From assembly GCA_030141605.1 (NCBI GenBank), contig JAQGDQ010000023.1, positions 186,001-250,000 on the forward strand: 64,000 nt of DNA, read 5' to 3'. Under the pieces are notes generated by a model. It had not been told where the DNA came from. It did not search any database and saw nothing but the letters and a program-made list of their open reading frames with translations. Source of the stretch: Tubiluchus corallicola. Its lineage: Eukaryota > Animalia > Priapulida. Below are positions 40,101-50,800 of the stretch, one piece after another (positions within the stretch are counted from its first letter, which is position 1; every line of letters starts with the position of its first letter). The translations under genes were made by a program, and so were the position numbers.

Positions 40101-40733
40101 GTGTCTTGTGCTACTCATATTTTGCTACTTTGAAATTTGACATATTATACAGCGTAAATGCAGGACATTGACAATAAACTGCAAACTCAGCATATTTTAC
40201 ATTCATTGCTCTAGTTTTCTATAGTTTTGCTAATTGGATACTGTGTGTCATTTCTGTGCAACACATATGCAAAAGTAAGTATTGTTACCCATCCACAAGT
40301 TAATACGGCTATGAGCATGTAAAGTTGAAAAATAAAGAGAACTCAACTTCTAAGGTGAAATTACCTTGATCAATTAGTTAAGCAACAATTTTCCAGGTAT
40401 TTGAGACCAGAGATTATTTTTAATTATGGTCTAAAGGTGTCAATTATTTTGCTTGTTAAACATTTGATACCAAATAAAATAAATTAGATTTATAATAAAT
40501 AACACATTTTCATAGAAAACCTTTTCACTAAATTTAACCAATTCTAACTCAGAAAAATTTTAGAGTTAGTCATTACCACTAAAAATGTATTACTGTTTAT
40601 CAGCCAGATAAAACGATAAAAAAGTTGACAAGTTGCTATTCAAGTGCTATCTTACAGAACCAAACCATGTTCTACTGCAACAGTGGTGTTCTTATGTACA
40701 CCGCTTATTGATTTGAGTAACATTTATGGACAT

Positions 40734-41345
40734 TCATTGTTCGTTACTCTCTTTGAAAGCCAGTTTTCTTTTCAACAATAATTTTGACTTCCTCTTTTTT
40801 TCTAGACGTTTCTTAACATAAAGCTGCTTTTTCCTTGCAGTTTCACTTTGCTCTCCATTATAAAAAACATCGAGTTTTTCCAACAGCAGCTTGCGCGCCA
40901 TTTTTCTGTTTTGATCGAGAGAACGTGTCATGTGACATTTCACAACAATTCCACTGGGCTGGTGTTTCAGAACGACACAATTTGATGTTTTGTTAGTCGC
41001 CTGACCACCAGGACCAAATCCTTTCACAAATTTTTCTTCGAGATCGTCTTCCTTCACTATTGGAGAAATGTATTCCATATATGAAGTATGTTTGTGTCTT
41101 TGGGGTTGCTTTGCTTGAAAGCCACAGCCAAAATTTTGACCAAGGAAACCGCCTGTGTATTGAGAAAAACATGTTTTTCCCGAGAAGGCACTTGTCACTT
41201 TTCTGCAAGAACGTATCAAGAACAGCAAAGCTTGAAATTTATTAACAATGCCATAACGACCAATATCAGTTCTATCAAAGTGCAGCTGGGACACCGAGAA
41301 ATGAATTCTTAAAGTTGCTAACACGCAATTGCGACATACATTCAT
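40734..41345 (-). CDS. MTRFR: Mitochondrial translation release factor in rescue (C12orf65/MTRFR), single coding exon
   Basis: [61 protein letters not shown]: GGQ domain, basic C-tail, presequence-like N-terminus. Confidence 0.93.
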   Translation of the reverse strand: MNVCRNCVLATLRIHFSVSQLHFDRTDIGRYGIVNKFQALLFLIRSCRKVTSAFSGKTCFSQYTGGFLGQNFGCGFQAKQPQRHKHTSYMEYISPIVKEDDLEEKFVKGFGPGGQATNKTSNCVVLKHQPSGIVVKCHMTRSLDQNRKMARKLLLEKLDVFYNGEQSETARKKQLYVKKRLEKKRKSKLLLKRKLAFKESNEQ

Positions 41346-41589
41346 TTTTCGTGCTTAACAGAATTGCTCGGCAGACTTAATACAAATCCTCCTCAATAGA
41401 GTTATTTATGATTGCTGTGGCACGGTTGTTCAAAAGATTCAATCTTTATGTATGACAGCACAAAGCAGTCTTGGAATAGTGAGGTTACACACGTAACAGT
41501 ATCTTGGCTATCTCACCACTGGTATGTCCTTTTCCCACAGGTTAGATACCTTAAAAACAACAAAGTTATCATAAGTTATGAATTATCAT

Positions 41590-42740
41590 ATTGATACTAT
41601 ATCACGTATCAAAATTATCCATATCAATACGAAAAATTCACTTTTATCGTTATCGTATCAATAATATTATAGGAATGTCATTATCATATCGCGTGTATCG
41701 TTGCTTATTGATCACCTTTATAAAATCGCTTCACTTTGTTTTTCCATTATATTTAGATTAATTACCCAAAATTACTTTTGCCTGGCAATAATGGATACCT
41801 TCATTTTGATTTTTGAATCATACTGATGCACAGTTGCTAAATACGCTGTACTTTGACTATAACGTATACCCTATACGCGCAACTAACTCTTCATCAGCAG
41901 CCTGACTGTTTAGCAGAAATCATGACTGAAAACAGTACCTAGAAATTTATCAGAACCATTTTACTTTTTTTAGTGACGGTTCATAAACGTTCACCATCTG
42001 CAAGTACTGCAAACAAAATTACCTGTATTACAGCTCAACCACAAATCTGGCTAAACACTTGAAAGAGACGTCAGTGATAACTATAATATAGATGTAGTTG
42101 CCAAATGATTCATTCCATCTGCCTAGCTTCTTAGTTTCTGCTCCACAAGCAACTATGGGCTGCTTTTGAGAAACTACCATGTAAATTTGTGTAAATTTCA
42201 TTTACATAAGCACTTTGTATTTATATGAAGTTCCTTCTTGAGTTCTAGAAATTAAACCAAGCAGATATAAGTGATACTGAGAGCACATAAAAATATAATT
42301 ACGTTTTATAGATCACAGGCCCACTAACTAACATTTACAGGTGTGGAATCGTGAAGCAAGCCCATATAGTAGTTGCCTACATTTGTGATGTGTATAGTAC
42401 TACCAACTTAATCTGACTTAGTTTAAGTGTCGAATGTGAACAGTGTGTTAAAATGTAATATAATTATAGTTAGGTATTGCACTTCTTTATTAGACATAAA
42501 GACACAGAAAACCTGTGTTTTATAACTAGCAGCCATTTAAGTACATAGCACTTAATAATTTTAATTATTAAAGATACTTGTTCTGTTGTTGCATAAATTT
42601 TCTAACTTCAGTATTGTTTTTATAGCTCGAAATAATTTATCGTATCGTATTGTATCACCTAAAAAGTGGATTATCCTTATTGTATCGTTGGAAAAAAGTA
42701 TCGTTTCGTATTGCCAAATTTGTATCTTTAACATCCCTAA
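41590..42740 (+). mobile_element. Decayed hAT transposon derivative with BED zinc-finger remnant
   Basis: TATCG subterminal arrays at both ends and terminal ACATCCCTA; 41990-42064 reads FTICKYCKQNYLYYSSTTNLAKHLK. Confidence 0.7.
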
Positions 42741-42769
42741 ATCCATTTACTTAGGGACCATGCAACATA

Positions 42770-44880
42770 GATGACAGCATTCAAATTTCCATTGTATAAC
42801 ACCTTCGGAGCTGATTGAGATAATCGTATTGGTGGAGGAATTGCAATTTTAGTGAAAGACAAATACCACTGTACACCAATTATAGATCTGCTAGACTTTC
42901 AAGAACACTTTAAACTAAACTGCCACATAATCATGTTTTAACTGTAGAAGTGGTGTACCCCCCCCCCCAGTTATTTTAATGACAATAATTTGTACCAGTT
43001 CACCAACCAAACAACGGCACAATCTACTGATATCATGTTGTGTGGGGACTTTAACTTAGCTAATGGATGTTGGTCAACTTTCTCAGGTGATGACAAGTTT
43101 TCAAACTTTGCAAATATTTGCCATGATTGTATTTTTACATAATTTGTTTCTCAATCAACTAGAGGTAATGCTATTCTTGATTTAGTTTTGGTGAATGATG
43201 AGTTGTTAGTGCCCGATCTTGAGATCTGCGAGAGCTTTAGGACATCTGACCACTCCATAATAACCTGGTGTGCTACGGTAATTGATGATAATGATAGCTC
43301 TACGATATTTCATCTCAACTATTACAAGGCAAATTTTCAAAGCCATAATGTCAGCGTTAGAGTCTATCTCTTGAAAACACATTCTGGCTGAAGCAGATGT
43401 TGAGACTTCCAGGTTGTTGATTTTCGAACAATTGCAAGGACTTACTGAACAACATGTGTCACTCAAAACTCGTAAATCTAAGAGCAAGCCAGCCTAGTTT
43501 AGCCGCAAATGTAAACTTGCGCTAAACAGCAAACGTAATAAATACAGAACCTGCAAGCATACCTTAGACCCAACTGATTTTGCTGTTTATAAAAGAACGT
43601 TTGATGCATGGTGTTTTAAGAAGTGTGAAGAGAACTAACAAAACAACCTAATTGACAATCTAAAACATAACAGTAAATCACTTTGGTCATATGTAAATCA
43701 TAATCAACTCTGTTGACCATGAGTAGGACCTTTAAGCTTGGATAATGATACATCTGACCCACAAACTACGGCAGAAATTCTTAACAAACAGTTCTTCAGT
43801 GCATTCACACGAAAAAACATGGACGTGAAACATGCCGTACATGCTTCTTTTGATTCGCACCTTAGTGTGTAACGTGGATTTTCACCCCAACAAAGTAAAC
43901 AAGGTAATAATATCACTCAGAAAGAACTCATCTGCTGGTCAAGATAGTATTCATCCAATGTTACTAATTAATGCTGCTCAATGAGCTCTGGAACTGTACA
44001 ACTATGTGAATTACTCCAATACATAAAAAAGGTCCTAAAAGTCTTCCTAAGAATTGCCTTATTGCCTTATCCAGCACTACTGGCAAAATTATGGAAAGAA
44101 TATCTCCAAAGCGATTCTTGATCACCTTATGACATTTCGGTTGCTTAACAAATCTCAGCATGGTTTTTTAAGCAAAAGCTCTGTTACCAGTAACCTTCTG
44201 GAATTTTTTGAAATTGTTTTATCAAGTACTGATAAAGGGAATACTGTAAATATGATTTACTTTGATCTTATCAAGGCGTTTGACAAAGTACCTCATCAAT
44301 AACTGCTCTTGAAACTAGAAGTCTGTGGCATTTTCTCTCCATACAAGGATTAGGAAATGAATGATTGGTAGAACACAATATGTTGAGATCCAAGGTGTTA
44401 AATCATCACAAGTGCCAGTTTTATCCCAGAGTTCCTCAGTGAAGTGTTCTCGGGCCATTGCTGTTCCTGATCTTCATTGATGATCTAGAGTCTAGACCAA
44501 GGAATCTGTTCTATGCTCTTGAAATTCGCTGATGACACAAAACTTGCCAATACTGTGAGCTCCATACAGCAAACAGAACAAATTCAAAATGTACTACACA
44601 CCATATCGGAGTGACCTAGAAGTAGACTTAGGACTTACCACTGATGCCAGTCTCAACTTCCGCAGCCATAATGCTAGCAAAGTGAAGAAAGGCAATCAAC
44701 TTCTTGGACTCATATCAAACACAATTTCCACAAGATCCTCGTAATATTACCTCTTTATATACCTATCATTAGACCTCACATAGATTATGTAAGTCAAGTT
44801 TGGGATCTATACTTTAAGAAGAACACTGACATCCTAAAACGAGTGCAAGAAAGAGCAGTCAATATGATCCAATGCAATAG
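42770..44880 (+). mobile_element. Degenerate CR1-like LINE (APE endonuclease and RT)
   Basis: Fragments GGGIAILVKD, CGDFN, TRGNAILDLVL, SDH, SQHGF, KAFDKVPH, SVLGPLLFLIFIDDL, KFADDTKL, IRPHIDYVSQVW with many stops and frameshifts. Confidence 0.88.
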
Positions 44881-45049
44881 ACAGATATTTATGCACTAAA
44901 GGTCACCTATATAAATATCTTTGAAGTATTATTGGGGATAGAGCACGTTTTTTGTAAATATCCATCCACGAAGAGCAAAATGAATTGCCTATTATTTATG
45001 TGAAGATAACTGTCTTGTTATACGACCGTTGTGGTAACAACGTTTAAAC

Positions 45050-45385
45050 TAATGTCCACCCGCGCGATAAACGTTTATTCCACCACGTCAACAATTACGT
45101 AGGTCCATTAATTTACTTTAAACTATTTTGTGAATGGACGCTCTACATTACGTCCACCACATTCAAATACAATCTACCCCACATGTAGATGCTCGAAGTT
45201 ATGTCCAAGATTATGTTGGTCCATCAGTTTAGCAGACGGGTTTTCAACATACGTCCATTGAGTCCAAAATTACGTCCAACGAACCCATAGAAATAGTAAA
45301 CGGACGTCCATCAGTTTAGTGAATGGACGCTCAAAATTACGTCCATCGCGTCCAAAAAAACGTTCACTAAGTCCATCAAATTAGG
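45050..45385. repeat. Degenerate ACGTCCA-rich short-repeat array
   Basis: Recurrent TTACGTCCA and GTCCATCAGTTTAG; two copies of GTGAATGGACGCTC at 45130 and 45319. Confidence 0.65.
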
Positions 45386-46954
45386 GAGATCCCAGCATGG
45401 ATCCTGATGATTTGATATACAAACACTTGTGGCTTCAACATGGGAAACCAGAATACCGTTGCATTATGCTCGATAACGTGCAAGCGCCAATCACTAGTGT
45501 CTGTTGTGGGAACAGATTTAAATGCGCACGACCGCAGGTACCACCCTCAATTACAAACATACTTCAATCGAAAGTCTTTGTTAGGGGCATAGATTTAAAT
45601 GCAGTGCATTTAGATCTTTGGTTGGGGGAATGCTTGCAATCAGGATACCGTGTTGTTTAGCATTATACATTTAGTTGCATCCTCGCTGTTCTTAAAGATG
45701 AGTGCATTTAAACTGCTTTTTTGCAAACTCAAGGAGTTTCTGATGTCTAAAAGCCGTAGACCAAGCAAATGCCATAATTATTATTTATTTCGGATTTTTT
45801 TACAAATTCCCCAACAGTAACTGCAGTCTGCAAGTGAAAAACTATGTAAATGTTTGGGTTTTTTTAAAGTAATGTGGATATCTGGGTGCAGTGATGGTAG
45901 CTACAGTGACTGTGCAAATGACAACATATCAGGTGCACTCGTAGGCGCGATTGATATCGTACAGCAATTGCGATAAACACGGTGAGATTCCTTGCTGTAA
46001 TTTTTCAAGATGAACTGACAAAACTAAATCAAATGTGCAATTAATTGTCATAATAATGCAATATAAATTAAGCTATTTGGATGACGACCATGAGAAGATT
46101 TTCCTGCTTCCAGCATTAACTCCTCAATATTTTAAATGAGACAAGCACTTACAGGCAAATGAATGCTCTGTCATGTCAATCTCTTGCAGCATGATAGGGG
46201 TTCATCAGCAGCACTTCTGGAATTGAGCAAAATAAAATTTGCTTAATTAACACAGGTGTGCATCAAACTATCGAAGGGATATTCAGCTGTAGCAGAATGA
46301 TGGTATAGCATATGTGACAAAAAATTGCAGAATGACGGTCGAAATCAAGAAGTTTACATTTAGTAGTGAAAAATCACAAGAAATGGTGTGTATTGTGACG
46401 AATGTATATCTAATAGGTATATTAAGAAAGAAAAAATTGAAAAAGTCAGCTATTATTTGACATGATGTGACAATATGACAAAACTGAGATTTATGAAACA
46501 TAGTGTTGAAAATTGGGATCATGCAACAAATTATGCAATGGAGTGTGATGAAAAAACAGTATAAATTATGAAATTACAAAATGGAAATTAAACATGAGAG
46601 TGTTGTGTTTTGTTTCTCTCGGAAGGCTCATAGAGAAAATCAGAAAACACTTCATCAAATTAAATTAATTTATTAAGCCCGAATTCTACAACACAAAAGT
46701 ATGAAGGAACAAGAAATGATTACACTAAACGTGAAAATCTGGAAAACGTTTGAGTGTATCTGAAAATGCAAGTATACAAGAGAATGTGTAAGTGGCGTCC
46801 GTGTGAATCTATCAGCGGCCTGCTTCGCCTTATATAGTGTGCCTGAGAAGCTTCTAGAAGTTTCTTTCCAGAACATTCTACACGGTAAGACGATTATCCT
46901 AACAGAACATTCTACAATGTTCCATTTAGTTGTAATAGATGCCAGCGATCTCCA

Positions 46955-47204
46955 CAACATAGAGGTAAAGTGTAATTATAAAAATAAATGTAAGGATGAT
47001 TTGATGTGTCCATTGTGTGTCAAGGAGTATGCTATGACGGAACATCTGTTGAAATGTGAGGTAGTAAAAAATTATTTGGAAATCATGCAGAAAATAAAGA
47101 AGATCTATGTTCCAGTGAATGCAAGCACATTAGTAAGAGTCAATGCTTGGATCAGACATGTGATAAAATTTAGCGAAATTAAAGGGGTCATTGTAGAGGC
47201 GTAA
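46955..47204 (+). mobile_element. Non-LTR retrotransposon 3' fragment (C-terminal CCHC-like motif)
   Basis: VKCNYKNKCKDDLMCPLCVKEYAMTEHLLKC; similar to the fragment in XBP1 intron 1. Confidence 0.55.
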
Positions 47205-47553
47205 GAACAACATCTTGACAGGATACAGTGTTCTTTTTGGTTGGCTCCTTTATGATGTGGATATACAGGAGCCTGATTGAGATATTAGTATAGCTACTGT
47301 GAATCGCCATAGAGAGGAAATTCAATAAGTTCAAATTTGAACCAGCGTCAAACAATTTTATTGTGAAGTGATTAACATTTACTGCAAAAAAGTGAATTAG
47401 TTTGTTGCATCTTGCACTTAAATTATGTGAACGCTTGCCATTTGGAAGACGGGTATGCGCAAACACTGATCAGTGCAGACCGTGCAACTAATCAGTCGCC
47501 TTACTCAGCCGAGTGTAGAAACAGCAAATCGGTCACGACACGCATCGGTATGC

Positions 47554-47634
47554 GACGTCACTCTCGTTTAACCAATCACTAGTGGTTTCTTATCTACTTA
47601 TCCGGATTTGACTAACCAATCAAAATGCAACACG
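47554..47634 (+). promoter_or_regulatory. XBP1 proximal promoter: CRE/UPRE-like site, two CCAAT boxes, ERSE-like element
   Basis: GACGTCAC 47554-47561; CCAAT 47572 and 47616; CCAAT-N9-ACACG 47616-47634 (ERSE consensus CCAAT-N9-CCACG). Confidence 0.6.
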
Positions 47635-47814
47635 AGTTAATTTCCGTATTGCATCATTCATCATTTTGTCAACAATCATTTTAGTATGTAGAATAGGTTT
47701 GTTTCTTCAGGATGTAGAGTTATTTCGATTTGGTGATCTAAAAGAAGGTGGAAGATTCTTAACTAACGTTCAATAATGGAGTTATAGGATATAGACAGAA
47801 GATTATTCTTCACA

Positions 47815-50800
47815 ATGGCGCAGGTTTCTGTGCTTACAACTTCATCCAAACACAGTAGCCGAGTTACAGTATTGAGGAAACATTGTTGGGATCTAGAATC
47901 AGACGACGAAGCTGAAGATCATAAGAAAGACGGCAATATGTTAGCTTCTTTAATACCGGAGTCAGTTGCATCAGTTCCTCGTAAGCGGCAGCGTTTGAGT
48001 GGTTTGTCACCAAACGAGAAATTGCTACGAAGGTATTTTTTAATTTCACAAATTTAAATAACGAAGATATATTTGTCGTGAAAACTGAAATTGATTATAG
48101 AGCAAATTATCACAATTTCGCAATTCTAGCCTGGTTTTATAATTAATTCCTGAATAAACTTATGCAGCCTAAAATTTTTGTTATCTTTGTTAATTAAATT
48201 TACAAACCGTGGATTCTAGGATTTGGAAGTGAGGGAGTGGTAAATCAGTTTGTCAATAATTGTAGATTGATGGATAAGATGAAAAAGATAGCATTTAGTA
48301 CAGAGAAATCACAATGATACAGACTGTGAGACTGTCTAAAAAACGAAATTTAGAGTGAGGTTGTAAACTTTTCAGTAACAAATGGTGACGTGAAAAGGGT
48401 GAGTCACTATAAATATCTGGGTGATTATATAACTGAAAATGGTGGACATGGAATGAGTACTGAAAAAAGGAGTGAAAAAATTGAGTACCTGAAAAGAGAA
48501 TTAATGAACTGGAGTAGTTCAAGTGAGGTTGGGTCAGAATACATTAAAATACAAGTACTGCTATATGCGTCAGTCTGTTTAACAAAGAAATATGGGCTGA
48601 ATTAAACAAAACTCAGTGGAAGCAAGTAGAAAGTGGCCAAAAGATTTACTATGTGTAAATCAAAGAATTAGTATTAATTATTGGGGCTTATTGTTAATAC
48701 TTGGAATTTGGCGCTTGAACAAAGGATTCATTACAGAAAATTAATGTGGTTAAGAGCATTAGTGAGTTCTGATGAAGACAGAGATGCTCATTTCATGCTA
48801 AAAAGTATTGCACTGGTTAAATGTGCAATAAACCAGTATTTAGATATCGAAAGTGTGTTAAAAATTAGAAGCAAAACAAAGCTGTAATTTTTAAGTAATA
48901 GAGTAGAACAGTTGGGCAAACCAATTAAATATGTTGTAGAATGTGCAGAAAATTCAGAGTTGGTCAGCGTTAAAGCAAATTATATAAATAAGTTTAAAGG
49001 GGATGTCAAATACTTGTTATGTGGAAACAGCGAAGACACTGCAGAACATTTTTTAACATGTGAAAAACTGAATGAAAGAATGGGTGCAAGTAATGCTGCA
49101 ATTGATGATTTATATGTTGATAATACAGATAAATTGAAGGAAGTAAATGTCAGAATTAACCAAGCTCTAAAAGTAAGAAAGTTGTTGGGAACTGATTTTG
49201 AGATATAAAAAAGAAGACAGCATTACAAGTCTAAATTAGGCTTGCACTTTGAAATAAGTGCCTTCCAGACTGGAACAAAGGCTGATGTGAAACCGCTGAA
49301 ACCACTAAATCCTCAAATAAGCAAAATTCATGCTCCCTAATTTTTCGAATCTAGACTCTTTACATTCCAAGCAGATATTTTTAAAATATAATTATAAAGT
49401 AAAATATAAAATATACTCATTTGTATCTTGAGTTTTTGTATCTACGTTTATTTTGGCTATAAGACCTGTCACAGCTATGACCTCACAGTGTCTGCATTGT
49501 GCAATGTAGTATGTTTTGCTTTTAGTTCCTTGTCTAACCCGTGTACTAGTTGGTCTATGAAAGACTGGGAATTTAATCCTGTCGGTTGAGTCTCATTACT
49601 TGCATTTGCACTTAGATGTTTTTACTATTTCCGGTCGGATTTTAGAGTGTTCCTGGTTGCATTTGAATTTTACTATGTATTTCTTATTAATGATTTAAAT
49701 TTAATCTACGCAGTTGTACAATTTACACTTAATGGAAACTAGAAAGCAGGCTGTACATGTTGTCAGTACACTGAGATGGCCCTGAAATATTTAAAATTTT
49801 TGTCAGCAAATTACTCTATATTGGAATTTTGATGCTTTTTAAATTAGTGAAGTTTTTAAAATTTTGAATGAACTGAAATTATGCAGCAAGTGATGTTAAC
49901 TTAATAAAACACGTAATCAAAATATTGTAATTTCTTTGATTTGATTTTGATTTTTTTGGAGTAACCGGAGAAAAGATAGTGAGTCAACCAAGTGGTCATT
50001 TAGTCACAGCTAAACTTAGCCAACAGCTAACCTGGGCTATCTTACAAAAGCAAGCTTAAACTATTTTCAAATGGGACAAGTCTGTATTGGATGAGTTTAA
50101 AAGTTTTTTCTAGTTTTGTTGTCTAAGCTTACATATCTTGGTGGTAATACACTGTTATACGGGTAATGACTAACCAGCCAATCAGCATCATATCATTATT
50201 GGTGCATGCCCAAGTATCAATGCATATGTCTTAATTTTGCAATTTTAATTTTAGGAAAATGAAGAATAGGGAAGCTGCTCAGACAGCTAGAGACCGTAAA
50301 AAGGCCAGGATGGAAATGCTGGAGACTGCCATTGTGCAACTGGAAAAACAGGTGGATAATTCATTTATCTGTGTTTCAAATTTTGTACTAATTAGCTGAT
50401 TTTTTCGTTATGACATTATCACATCTGACAATTGACTCGGAGTAAATTGGTCAAAACATCACAAAAGTTGAATTTAAAAGAGCTAAACTGATCACTACAG
50501 TAAGCTACGTTTAACTTAAACACCTCGGGACCGGAAAATTTGTTTGAGTTATGCGAAAGTACGAGTAAGACGATGTTCGTAAGAAAACAAGACTGAGTCA
50601 TTCATCAGTGTCGGACAATACACTAGTAACACTACAGCCTGCGAAAGTGACAAACTAAGCCTTTAATCAAATACCTAACACAAACCAAAAATAAAATGAC
50701 TGACCCACCTTTATTGTAGTCTGAGTAGCATGGTTTTAACAATTTTGCAATAACAATATTGTGATCTACATTAAACCACGTTCGTTGAGCCGTGGTGTTT

